Assembly: GCF_963921235.1 (NCBI RefSeq)
Contig: NC_086097.1
Coordinates: forward strand, 3,472,001 to 3,536,000
Direction: 5' to 3'
DNA: 64,000 nt
DNA from: Mobula hypostoma
Taxonomy: Eukaryota
Shown here: one piece after another, positions 13,133 through 25,310 of the stretch
How the letters are laid out: each line of letters starts with the position of its first letter
Position numbering within the stretch: the first letter of the stretch is position 1
Program-made: the position numbers and the translations under genes
Notes under the pieces: model-generated
What the model was told of the DNA's origin: nothing
The model's input: only the letters and a program-made list of their open reading frames with translations
The model's database searches: none

Positions 13133-13381
13133 CAAAGTTGCTGGTGAACGCAGCAGGCCAGGCAGCATCTCTAGGAAGAGGTACAGTCGACGTTTCAGGC
13201 CGAGACCCTTTGTCAGATTTTGTCTCTTACTAACTTTTCCTTCAGTTAGTCCTGGCGAAGGGTCTCGGCCTGAAACGTTGACTGTACCTCTTCCTAGAAA
13301 TGCTGCCTGGCCTGCTGCATTCACCAGCAACTTTGATGTGTGTTGCTTTAATTTCCAGCATCTGCAGAATTCCTGTTGTGT
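13133..13381. mobile_element. Fold-back Penelope-derived insert with two opposed, mutated hammerhead motifs
   Basis: ~85-bp inverted arms (13133-13216 vs 13250-13336); exact 14-bp TSD aggttacagattgt at 13119-13132 and 13382-13395. Confidence 0.9.
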
Positions 13382-13474
13382 AGGTTACAGATTGTAGTTG
13401 AGTACAATTCTGCTGTTGCTGATGGTCCACAGTGCCTCATAGATGCCTAGTCTTGGGCTGCCAGATCTGGTTGT

Positions 13475-13745
13475 TTATTTTTGTTTATTTAGAGATACAG
13501 TGTAAAGCAGGTCCTTCCAGCCCAACAAGCCACACCACCCAGCAACCCACCTATTTAACCCCAGCCTAATCAGAGGCCAATCCACAATGACCAATGAACC
13601 TACTAACTAGCACGTCTTTGGACTGTGGGAGGAAACCAGATCACCCAGAGGAAACTCACACAGTCACAGGAAGAACAACGCCAGAATTGACCTCTGGACT
13701 GTCCTGAGCTATGATAGTGTCACACTAGCCACTACACTGCCGTGG
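13475..13745 (-). mobile_element. HE1/V-type tRNA-derived SINE
   Basis: Reverse complement of the V-domain text (gtttcctcccacagtccaaagacgt), as in the 25049-25310 copy. Confidence 0.7.
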
Positions 13746-15392
13746 TATCCAGTTTTTTTGGTATTTTCCTTGGTTCACAAATGAAAGGGAGCCAAAGTAA
13801 CTCAAATTTTAAAATCCTGCTTTAGTTTTTCCAACCTACAATGCACCTCCTTAATGGAAAGGCATTTCTCATGAAGGCAGTGATAAACTGAAATGCAGTT
13901 TGCCTGTCCCAAAACAAAGTCCAATTCTTAATTCTAATTATGAATCACTGTCAGTAAGGGCATTTTTATAATGTACAGCAGCAAATATTTATTTCTATAA
14001 ACGCAAGACAGCAGAATCCTTGTGCATGCAAGGGTGAGAGGTGTCTGTCGTGTAGCATGCATCAACCATGCAGGAATGTCTGCAACAAATCACTTGACTC
14101 ATTCCCCAGAGAGGAAGACCTTGAGCAGCTTCAGTATGAACGCTCCTATGCCAGATTTTTTTTAAACATACCATTATTCTATTCCTTATTTTTGAATTTC
14201 ATTAACCAAATTTAGATCTATGGCTGCATTAATTCGAGGTTAAAATCCTGATTTAATTGGTCTTTAGCTCAGCTGATCATCTGTCCAATGAACTTACTCA
14301 TTCCAGGCAGCACTGAAGTTGGCAGAGTTTACACTGCCCAATTAACATACTGATCCAATGTTTTTCCAATAAGACCATAAGATAGAGGAGCAGAATTAGG
14401 CCACTCAGCCCATTGAGTTTGTTCTGCCATCTCATTATGTCTGATTTATTATCCCTCTCAGCCCCATGTGGGAGGAAACCAGAGCACCTGGAGGAAACCC
14501 GGGTGGTCACGGGGAGAGCATACAAACAGCGGTGGAATTGAACCTGGGTATCTTGCACTGTAGTAATGTTATGTTAACCTCTCAAAATTCATGAACCCCC
14601 CACCTATGACATAGCGGAAGTACACAGATAAGTAAGTTAGCAGTGATTCAAAAAGGTGATTCACTGGTGCTTTCGGAAAAACATCAACATTCACATCATG
14701 AAAGTGAATTAATAAAAAGGTCACAGAATCAACCAGCAATCAACATTTAAAACTCCTTTTCATTCAAATGCCTTAACACATGACAGCATAATGTAGGCTG
14801 TAAGATTAATTAACTAAGAAGTATGAATATGCAATAAAGTTAATTATCCTAGTGACTCTGAAATAAAAGAGTTTCTTATAAGATTTCCACAGGATGATAT
14901 TAGTACAACTAATTGCAAAAGTAGCCTCTGACAACCAAGTCCAGTTCCTGGCCTTCGCGTGTGACTTAGCTATTAAGCCCAGTGGGATGGTTTCTACTGA
15001 CAAGAGAAGGGACAGAGGAGGGTTACTGGTGCCGACTTGTCAGCTGTGGTTGGCAGCTGATCTTGGGGAAGGAGAAGTCTGCTGCTTTGTAGCTACACTC
15101 ACTCATGGGAAAGGCTTCAGGAGTAAACGTGAGGAAAAATCCAGAGTTGGAGTTCTTAACGCAGTCCTAAGTCGAGTTCAATGCTAAGTGGCAACTCCTG
15201 CGATGTTGCTGGTGCCAAGCTCAAAGTTTGAAGTAAATTTATCATCACAATATACAACCCTGAGATTCATTTCCTGCAAGTATACTGAATAGATTCGATT
15301 ACCATAATAGAATTAATGAAAGATTGCACCAAGAAGGAGGACAACAAATATACAAAAGGCAACAAACAGTGCAAATACAGAAAGAAGGAAGA

Positions 15393-15458
15393 GAAGATAG
15401 ATAGATAGACAGACAGATAGATAGACAGACAGACAGATAGACAGACAGACAGACAGAC

Positions 15459-15493
<35 letters not shown>

Positions 15494-15530
15494 CAGACAG
15501 ACAAACAGTTAGACAGATAGATAGACAGAC
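15393..15530. repeat. (GATA/GACA)n compound microsatellite
   Basis: Read directly. Confidence 0.98.
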
Positions 15531-15682
15531 ACACAATAGTATCAAGAACATGAGATGATGAGTCCTTGAAAATGAGTCCATGGGTGGTGGGAACAGTTCA
15601 GTAATACTGCAAGTGAAGTTGAGTGAAATTTGAGTGTAATTGTCATTCAACCACATATGAATAGCCACGAACACTGCCAAAC

Positions 15683-18600
15683 TTGTCAAATGCCTCCTGA
15701 CAAAGGTCACTCCATTCAAATCTTTCACTCTTCCCTAGGAGTTTTGTTAGGGGGAGAGCGATGTCAGCAAAGTTCTTACAAAATTTTCTATAATACCCAA
15801 CCATCCCTAAAAACCTTTTCAAAGCTTTCTTGCTAATTGGAACAGGAACTTCAGCAATAGCTTGAACCTTGGCCTGTACAGGAGCCAGCTGGCCTTGGCC
15901 CACCACATACCCCAGATATGTGACTGTGACATGGCCAGATTCACTTTTAGCAAGGTTCACCGTAAGACTGGCCTTGGAAAGTCTGTCAAATCGTTCCTCT
16001 ACAGCTGCAATATGTTCTTCCCATGTGTCACTCCAAACCACTAGGTCATTAATATAAACTCCTGTGCTTCCTAACCCTCCAATCACCAAATTGATCATTC
16101 TTTGAAATGTTTCTGGGGCATTCTTCATCCCAAGGTGTAAAACATTGTGTTCATACAGTCTAGATGGTGTCATAAATGTTGATATCTCTTTAACCCTCTC
16201 TGTTAAAGGAACACCCCGGTATCCTTTTAACAAGTCAATCTTAATAAGGTATTTAGCCTTCCCCACTCTATCAATACAGTCATCCATTCCCTTTCTTAGT
16301 TCTTTCTTGTTTTTAATTCCTTGTTCAACCCTTTTACTTTCCTCGAAGTTCACTCTGTGAAGATGCCATTTCATAAGCTGGGCTAAATTCATAATGATGT
16401 CATGCACTGCACCTGTGCACTATTTCAAAACACCAATTATTCCTTTTACTTGTTTTTTCGGCTTTGGCTCCAACTGGTGGACCTTATCAGTAATATTTTC
16501 CAAAACAATGGAATTCTGACATTTTGGTGAGTCTAGATTCAGTGGGCAAACATGCCTTTCCATTCCATTATCAGATTTCACGACTCCATTTTGTACTTCA
16601 ACAATTCTCCCAGCTGCAATTCTAGTAAACAAGTGTCTTATTTTGACGACCATTTTGTAAACTTTCCTTAGCAAAGTCACAAAGGTTACTATATCCCTTC
16701 CAGAGTTCTCTGAGTAGAGTCAAAGGTCCTTTTGGCTTGTAACTGAACACAGGTTCCAACAAATTACCCTTCACTGCCTTCTGAATCGAATCTCCACCAC
16801 TAAATAAAAGGAGGGGAACCCCCTCATCCCAATTTTCCTCATTTCTCACACAATGATGTCCACCTAAAGGCATACTGTAAGCCATGTTTAAAATTTCAGC
16901 CCTGTAACCTTTCAAGATCACCACGTGACTTGCAAGCACAGTGGCTGGTCTCCACTTCCTCATCAACATCCCATCTTTAAGGTAACATCCCACTGACTCT
17001 CTCTGAACCTCCTCTCCTGTGAGAGCCATCTCCCTTAAAGCCACCGTTTCAGAATCTCGCTTCTGTTCCTTGATACATTCCTTTCTCAACAAAGACAAAC
17101 CTTTCTTATACACCTTACCCTTACCAATTGTACTACGCTCTAAGTCCTGCTGAAATCTGGAAGGTAGAAAAGTCTCTGACAGATCATAATAATTTAAACC
17201 TTTGGTCTTGCTTTAGGCCTCAGCAGCTGCTTTTCTCATTAGCTGAGTTGCTGAAACACTCTTATCCTGGACAGCTGTCAACATGCCTCCATGGTTTATC
17301 AAACTCAGCACCATCATCAGGCTGATCAGAATCATGTATACATCATGAAAGAGTCCAAATATACTACCCATCTGATTACGACCTATACTTCGACTTGTAT
17401 CCATAGCAACTTCCATTCCAAAACCACAACAACTCTTCCTCCTCTCCATAATATTACTCTGAATAACAGCATGACCTTACGGGTGCTTACTTCCAAATGT
17501 CCAAACAAAATTCAACAAACCAGCACATCCTGTCTCAGCAGGCCTTTGTCCTGCAAGCAGGGTCAAAGATCGCGCAAGCAATCCAACCTTTTCCATCACT
17601 TTATCCAAAAGTCCAGGAACAGCACTTTTCCCATTATTTTCAGCAACATTGACCTCACCAGCTTTTAAAACACGGTCAGATACAAATGACTGAGAATCCT
17701 CACATTCCACTGGTACCAAGGTTAACCCCTTACTCACTGAACCAAGATCATCTGACATACTAAAACTGCATTCCTTTTCAACCAAGTCAGCCACCTCAGA
17801 CTTTAACTGAGTTTCAACACAAGGTTCAGAATCTTGTGAACTCACAGGTACTTCAACAACCTGAACACATTCAATCGGAACAGCTGCCTCTTCTGGGCTG
17901 TCATCACTAGTCCCAGTTTCAAATTCAAGGTCATCTCGAACCTCCCAGCTACTCTCTGGCAAACTCTCTTCTGCAGTAAACTCAACCTCATTGGTTAAAA
18001 CTTCTTCGTCTGCTTTCTCTTCAAACCCCTTCAGGGTAGGGGCATCCTCTGCCACTGGGTATGCCCTTACCTCAGCAGGAACACAACTTTTAAATTCATC
18101 ACACAAAACTAGCCCCTCCGAGCTGTAAAAATCATCAGGGTCCGACACTAAACCTCTTTGCTGCAACCTCTCCCTTTTAAACTGTCTCTGCCTTTCTGCC
18201 GCGTGATCTTCACGTTGCCATTTCTCCCTTTCAAGCTATCTCTGTCTTTCTGCCTCCTCTCTCTGTTTTGCTGCTTCTTTTCTCCGTTTCTCTGCCTCTC
18301 TGGCCTCTCTCTCGAGCTGTTTAATTTCACTTCATGCTCCCCCTTTAATATTTCCAACTGAAGCTAAAACACATCCTCAGCAGATTCACCTTCCGCGAAC
18401 AACTCTAACGCCTCCTCATCAAATGTTCCCTTATCTATATAATATTCAACTATTTTCCTTTGAATTTCTACCTTAGTCACACCCTTCTGTACCTCAATTC
18501 TCAATTCTTTATTCTTTATTCTTTAGCAATGTCCCGCAACTCATACTTTTTAGCAAACTTCAAAGTCACCAGGTCTGGTGATTTCAGGAAGTCTCTAACA

Positions 18601-19002
18601 CCCATTTCTGCTGTTTTTCCACACAACCAAATCAAAAGTCCAAATCAAAAGGGATTTTCCCCAATCAATTCAAACCAGCCTCCCGACCAATTTGTTCATA
18701 TCGCGGATGCAGGCCCCAATTAATGTCACGTACCCCGTGACGGGGATAAAGAACCAGCAGAAATAGAAACCACTTTGGAGTCTCATATTGCTATAAACTA
18801 CTAATATTTATTAGTAACTACGCAATACAGTAATATAAATGTAGATAAATCACACAGGTTAGTAATGATTATACATAAAAGTAAGTGTGGAATATATATG
18901 TATGAAAACCAGGCTTCTTTAAGTCTAGGGGTAAAAAGATACAGTCTTACGATGTTGAGTAAAGTTCAGTTCAGTTCAGTTCGTGGTATTGAGTTGAGTA
19001 GT

Positions 19003-19057
<55 letters not shown>

Positions 19058-19123
19058 GAGTCTTCAGGTGAGCTGATGCCGTCGATCTTCTCGTCATCCT
19101 CCGAAATCCTTTACAAGTTAACG
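15683..19123 (-). mobile_element. Gmr1-like Ty3/Gypsy LTR retrotransposon fragment (partial 5' LTR, PBS, gag, integrase remnant upstream of RT)
   Basis: LTR end ...GTGACA at 18724 followed by degenerate tRNA-Pro-type PBS TTGGGGCCTGCATCCGCGAT; gag-like ORFs 17477-18357; integrase pieces (LMRKWRP..PLGGH, WDEGVPLLLF) at 16622-17113 lie 5' of RT (KIDLLKGY, GMKNAPETFQR, YINDL, FLGMVGYYRKF) at 15683-16400. Confidence 0.9.
19007..19054. repeat. (GA)n microsatellite within the Gypsy LTR
   Basis: Read directly. Confidence 0.98.
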
Positions 19124-19204
19124 ACACTGCCAAACGAAACTGCGCTACTCTGGGACCAAGGTGTGAAACACAGTACCACAGCCATACACAACACAAGGCA
19201 CTGA

Positions 19205-19890
19205 CATTGAATTGAACTGACTTTATTTCTCACATCCTTCGCATACATGAGGAGTAAAAATATTCACGTTATGTCTCCATCTAAATGTGCAATGTGCAAT
19301 CATAGTAATTTATAATAATTTATGATAAATAGAACAGTCAACGTAATATAGAGTACACTCAAATCAGCGTGAGTTAATCAGTCTGATGGCCTGGTGGAAG
19401 AAGCTGTCCCGGAGCCTGTTGGTTCTGGCTTTTGTGCTGAGGTACCGTTTCCCAGATGGTAGCAGCTGGATAAATTGTGGTTGGGGTGACTGGAGTCCTC
19501 AATAATCCTTCAGGCCCTTTTCTCACACCTGTCTTTGTAAATGTCCTGAATTATGGGAAATTCGCACCTACAGATGCACTGGGCTGTCCGCACCACTCTC
19601 TGCAGAGTCCTGCGATTAAGGGAAGTACAGTTCCCATACCAGGCAGTGATGCAGCCAGTCAGGATGCTCTCAATTGTGCCCTTGTAGAAAGTTCTTAGGA
19701 TTTGGGGGCCCATACCAAACTTCACCATACCGCCTGAGGTGAAAGAGGCGCTGTTGTGCCTTTTTCACCACACAGCTGGTTATACAGACCACATGAGGTC
19801 CTCGGTGATGTGGATGCCCCAGATCCATTAATGTCTATAGGGGTCAGCCTGTCTCCATTCCTCCTGTAGTCCAGTCCACAACCAGCTCCT
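19205..19890 (-). mobile_element. Rex1/Babar-type LINE 3' fragment
   Basis: ORF 19510-19728: LRTFYKGTIESILTGCITAWYGNC...LQRVVRTAQ, followed by 3' UTR with AATAAA. Confidence 0.8.
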
Positions 19891-20667
19891 TTGCAAACGA
19901 GATATCAAGCACATAAAGATACCAGTAAAATTCAGTCACTCAGCAAAAAACCCCGAGTCCACGAAGTTGTAGCAGTCTACATTCGAACACAATATGCTTG
20001 TTGGAGGTGCTGGAGGGCAGCACGACTCCATCTGGATGTCGTGCCACACCTTCCCTGGCACTCTGGTGGAGTGCACCGACTCCTACATCTCTTTCCCGGG
20101 CAGCTGTAAAGAGGTGGCACCGTGGCCTGAAGCCGAATCCTCCCTACGACCGAGGCCACGCAGCTCCCCCACTGTCTGCCAATGTATCATCAAATCGGAC
20201 TCGCAGCATTCCACATCAACAATGTCCAACAGGGCCTTGCAACCACAACAAAAGCGATTAAGACAACCACTCGCTGTTAGACTACACACCAACTTTGCAC
20301 ACCAACTCCTCTAATACTCTCTGCCACAAGATCCATACCAAGTCCAGCTCGTTTAGTCGCTCTACCCACGGGCAACCACTGAGGTGGCAGAACTGCAGAA
20401 CTTTAACTCCTTGTTGTGCTGCAGGATCTGTGATCATGAAAAATATGTTTACAAAAGACAATAATACCTTTGGTTAGCCCCTTAGAAGCTGCTGCAACTG
20501 AGCACATCACCATCTTACCGGAATCCCCTCTGGTTCAGGAATCTGATGATTGGGGGGTAATAATTGTCCCTGAACCTGGTGGTGTAGGTCCTGAGGCTCT
20601 TACACCTTCTTCCTGATGGCAGCAGGGTGAGCAGAGCATGTCCTGGGTGGGGGAGCGGTCCCTGATA

Positions 20668-22257
20668 TTGAAATTAGTCCTCACTCTTAATAATTTCTCC
20701 TTTGGCTCCTCCCACTTCCTCCAAACTAAAGGTGTAGCCATGGGCACCAGTATGGGTCGCAGCTATGCCTGCCTTTTTGTTGGCTTTGTGGAACAATCTA
20801 TGTTCCGTGCCTATTCTGGTATCTGTCCCCCACTTTTCCTTCGCTACATCGACGACTGCATTGGCGCTGCTTCCTGCACGCATGCAGAACTCGTTAACTT
20901 TATTAACTTTGCCTCCAACTTTCACCCTGCCCTCAAGTTTACCTGGTCCATTTCCGACACCTCCCTCTACTTTCTAGATCTTTCTGTTTCTATCTCTGGA
21001 GACAGCTTATCCACTGATGTCTACTATAAGCCTACTGACTCTCACAGCTATCTGGACTATTCCTCTTCATACCCTGTCTCTTGCAAAAATGCCATCCCCT
21101 TCTCGCAATTCCTCCATCTCCGCCACATCTGCTCTCAGGATGAGGCTTTTCATTCCAGGATGAAGCAGATATCTTCCTTTTTTAAAGAAAAGGGCTTCCC
21201 TTCCTCCACCATCAACTCTGCTCTCAAACGCATCTCTCCCATTTCACACACATCTGCTCTCACTCCATCCTCCCACCACCCCACTAGGGATAGGGTTCCC
21301 CTTGTCCTCACTTACCACCCCACCAGCCTCTGGGTCCAACATATAATTCTCAGTAACTTCCGCCACCTCCAACGGGATCCCACCACTAAGCACATCTTTC
21401 CCTCCCCCCACTTTCTGCTTTCCACAGGGATCGCTCCCTACACGACTCCCTTGTCCATTCGTCCCCCCCATCCCTTCCCACCGATCTCCCTCCCGGCACT
21501 TATCCGTGTAAGCGGAACAAGTGCTACACATGCCCTTACACTTCCTCCCTCACCACCATTCAGGGCCCCAGACAGTCCTTCCAGGTGAGGCGACACTTCA
21601 CCTGTGAGTCGGCTGGGGTGATATACTGCGTCTGGTGCTCCCGATGCGGCCTTCTATATATTGGCGAGACCCGACGCAGACTGGGAGACCGCTTTGCTGA
21701 ACACCTACGCTCTGTCCGCCAGAGAAAGCAGGATCTCCCAGCGGCCACACATTTTAACTCCACGTCCCATTCCCATTCTGATATGTCTATCCACGGCCTC
21801 CTCTACTGTAAAGATGAAGCCACACTCAGGTTGGAGGAACAACACCTTATATTCCGTCTGGGTAGCCTCCAACCTGATGGCGTGATCATTGATATCTCTA
21901 ACTTCCGTTAATGCCCCACCTCCCCTTCTTACCCCATCCCTTATTTATTTATTTATTTATTTATTTGTCTATCTATCTATTTATTTATTCATCCATCCAT
22001 CCTTTTTTCTCTCTGTCCCTCTCACAATCACTCCTTGCCTGTTCTCCATCTTCCTCTGGGCTCCCCTCCCCCTTTCTTTCTCCTTAGGCCTCCCATCCCA
22101 TGATCCTCCCCCTTTTCCAGCCTCGTATCCCTTTTGCCAATCAACTTTCCAGCTCTTGGCTCCATCCCTCCCCCTCCTATCATTTCAGAACTCCCCCTCT
22201 CCCTTTCAAATCTCTTACTATCTCTTCTTTCAGTTAGTCCTGATGAAGGGTCTCGGC
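20668..22257 (+). mobile_element. Penelope-like element (Neptune-type): RT + GIY-YIG endonuclease, 5'-truncated, one frameshift
   Basis: KGVAMGT, RYIDD, FLDL, YYKPTDSHSYL in ORF 20638-21588; Cys linker GTYPCKRNKCYTC (~21495-21535); VIYC...LYIGETRRRLGDRFAEH in ORF 21585-21911; pyrimidine-rich 3' region ending in agtcCTGATGAagggtctcggc. Confidence 0.95.
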
Positions 22258-22482
22258 AGTTTCTGATATACTGAAACCACCCCATCTGGTGCCAACAATC
22301 ATTCCACGATTAAAATCACTCAGATCACATTTCTTCCCCATTCTGATGTTTGGTCTGAACAACAACTGAACCTCTGGACCATGTCTGCATGCTTTTACCC
22401 ACTGAGCTGGTGCCACATGATGGTCTGATTAAACATTTGCATTAAGTGAGCAGGTGTACCTAATAAAGTGGCCACTGAGCGT
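22258..22482. mobile_element. Tc1-derived non-autonomous element fragment (related copy ~55640-56040)
   Basis: Minus strand MGKKCDLSDFNRGMIVG...SISETA (Tc1 HTH start); terminal taataaagtggccactgag. Confidence 0.7.
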
Positions 22483-24469
22483 GTACTCTTTAGTTCATGC
22501 ACTCTACAGATTTCCACTTTAAAACAATGCTCCTGAACTGTTCAATCCCTTTCTGGCAGCAATACGTTTGGAACTAATTGAGGCATTCCATGAGAAATAC
22601 TTTCCCAAACTGACCTCCCAATGGTAAGAGTGATCAGCATGTCAGCCATCCAGGTATAAAGAATACCTGATCCTGCTCCCCCTCAGATGAACTTTAAAAA
22701 AATCGCTGGAGGTCCTCAGTAGATCGGGATCCTCTTTAATGGGAGACAAAGAGTTAATATTTCAAAATGATGTTCTTACGTCAGAACAACCCAACTATTT
22801 CTGTTGGTTTAATGAGCCTTCTCGGAACTGTTTCAAACAGAATCTGATTTACTATTTATTTATGTATTTTACTTTGACATCGAGGCGGAATAGGCCCTCC
22901 CAGCCATTCGAGCCGCGCCGCGCTGCCCAGCAACCGCCAATTTAACCCTAACCTAATCACGGGGCAATTTACAATGACAAATTAACTTGCTAACGGGTAC
23001 ACCTTTGGACTCTGGGGGGAGATCGCAGCACCCCAAGACAACCCATGCATGCCATGGGGAGGATATACAGAGGTTCCTTTCGAGGACTCTCTCAACCAGC
23101 AGGCTCTTAAACTAGAGAGACAACTTCGCTCAACTTCAAAATACATTTATTATCAAAGTACATACACGTCACCATATACAGCCCTGAGAATCATTTTCTT
23201 GCAGGCATACTCAAAGCATCCAAAAACCATAATAATATCAATGAAAGACCACACTAACAGGCAGACAACCAGCATGAAAAAGACAAAAAAACTGTGCAAA
23301 TTTAATAATAATAATAAATAAATGAACAATAAATATCATAAGCATGAGCTGAATAGTCCTTGAAAGTGAATCCATAGGTTGTGAGAATGGTTCAGTGATG
23401 GGGTGAGTGAAGTTATTCCCTTTGCTTCAAGAGCATAATAGTTAAGAGGTAATAACTGTTCCTGAACCTGGTGGTGGGGGTCCTGAGGCTCCTGTACCTC
23501 CTTCCTCGTGGCAGCAGCAGGAAGAGAGCACGTCCTGGGTGCTAGGGGTCCCCTATGATGGATGCTGCTTTCCTGTGACAGTACTCCTAGTAGATGTGCT
23601 CAGTGGGTCACTGAACTGTTCTCACAACCTGTGGACTCACTTTCAATGACTCTTCAGCTCATGGTCTTGATATTTATTGTGCATTTATTTCCTATTATTA
23701 TTAAGATTTTATACCTGCACAGTTTGTTGTCTTTTGCAGATTGTTTGCCCGTCCTGCTGGGGGCAGTCTTTCATCGGTTCTATTGCACTTCTTAGATTTA
23801 CTGTGAACGCCACAACGCTTTACAGTGCAGACGACCCGGGATCAATTCTCGCCGCGGCTGTCTGTATAGAGTTTGTACGTTCTCCCCATGGCCACATGGC
23901 TTCCTTCCAGGTGCTCCGGTTTCCTCGCACTGTGCAAAGTTGGTAGGCTAATTGGTGTTTAGGCTAGGATTAAATCGGAGGATTGCTGGGCAGTACAGTT
24001 TGAAAGATTAGAAGTGCCAATTTGATGCTGTATCTCAACAAATAAACAAACAAATAAAATAAAATGAACCTCAGAGTTGTAAACTGTGACATATATGTAC
24101 TTGGAAAATAAATTTACTTTGAATTTTGAAGAATTTTAACAACCCACAAAAGGAGCATTATGTTAAATATTAGCAGAAGTGGAAAAGCATGGAAGCATGA
24201 GTCTGAACTGTTACAACACGTCTCACGAGCTAGACACTATCCACATAACAATGCCTCATGAATAGGGAACTAATGAATAAAAGACTCCACTTCTTGCTCC
24301 AGACTGGGCAGGAAGAGTGAATCAGGTCATCAGAAACTAGTAAGACTTCTTCCTTCAGTTGCATTGCCAACACATGGTACAACAGGCAGAGAGAGGCTAG
24401 CTTGACAATGGACCTGCTGATTTTTATCTTCTGCTTTCATTGGCAGCACACCCAAAGTGCATTCAGAGT

Positions 24470-24985
24470 CACAGACCACTATAGCATAGGAAAAGGCCCT
24501 TCTGCCCATCTATTCCATACTGAACCATTTATCAGACCAATCCCATTGACCTGACCCAGACCTTCATACCCCTCCCATCTGCACACTTATCCAAACACCT
24601 CCTAAACATTGAAGTTCAACCCACATCCACCACATCAGCTGACAGCTTGTTTCGACACTCTCACCACCCTCTGTATGAAGAAGTTTCCCCTCATGTTCCC
24701 CTTAAACATTTCACTGTTAATCCTTAACCCATGACCTCCAGTTGTAGTCTTATCCAACCTTAGTGCAAAAAGCCTGCTTGCATTTCCCCTATCTATATCC
24801 CTTATAATTTTGTATACCTCCATCAAATCTCCCCTCATTCTCCTACACTCCTGCAAATAAAGTCCGAACCTATTCACCCTTTCCCTGTAACTCAGGTTCT
24901 CAAGTCTCAGCAATGTCCTTGTGAATTTTCTGTGTACCCTTTCAATCTTATGGATATCTGTCCTGTAGGCTGGTGACCAGAACTG
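24470..24985 (-). mobile_element. CR1 LINE 3' fragment
   Basis: ORF 24635-24913 RRMRGDLMEVYKI. Similar minus-strand fragments at ~26425-26890, 31870-32225, 34765-35300. Confidence 0.85.
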
Positions 24986-25048
24986 AAACGCTTCAGGTCA
25001 ATGGTGTAGAACCAGTTTCCATATGGCTGTGGATTTAAAATTCCTGAA

Positions 25049-25310
25049 TGGGTGGCACGGTATTGTAGTGGTTAGCACAACGCTCTACTGTTCCATCGAC
25101 CAAAGTTCAATTCCCACCACTTCCTGTAAGGAGTTTGTACGTTCTCCCCCGTGACTGCGCAGGTTTCTTCCCACAGTCCAAAGACGTACCAGTTGGTAGG
25201 TTAACTGGTCATTGTAAATTGTCCCATGTTTAGGCTAGGGTTAAACCAGGGGATTCCTGGGTGGCGCGGCTCAAATGGGCAGCAGGGTCTATTCTGTGCT
25301 GTATCTCGAC
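25049..25310 (+). mobile_element. HE1/V-type tRNA-derived SINE
   Basis: tRNA-like head (tagtggttagc A box, gttcaattcc B box), then ctgtaaggagtttgtacgttctcccc V-domain. Further copies ~14465-14580, 22860-23070, 23810-24040, 31090-31560, 43100-43290. Confidence 0.75.

Larger units (their letters stand above)
5690..13470 (-). mobile_element. Old CR1/L2-group LINE (pieces 5690-6005 and 11938-13470) hosting nested insertions
   Basis: ORF 11680-12537 with QFGFRQGRS, AFDRVWH, GVPQGSVLGP, LADD; continuation IQVWADKRHVTFEPYKCQ in ORF 5813-6070. Confidence 0.85.

Noticed and set aside
15267..15728. Hydrophobic ORFs suggesting membrane proteins (also 21889-22266, 28112-28439, 53875-54172)
   Set aside because: They are translations of microsatellites or low-complexity tracts.
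25049..25125. tRNA gene (also 28520-28590)
   Set aside because: A/B boxes run into SINE bodies; no complete cloverleaf.
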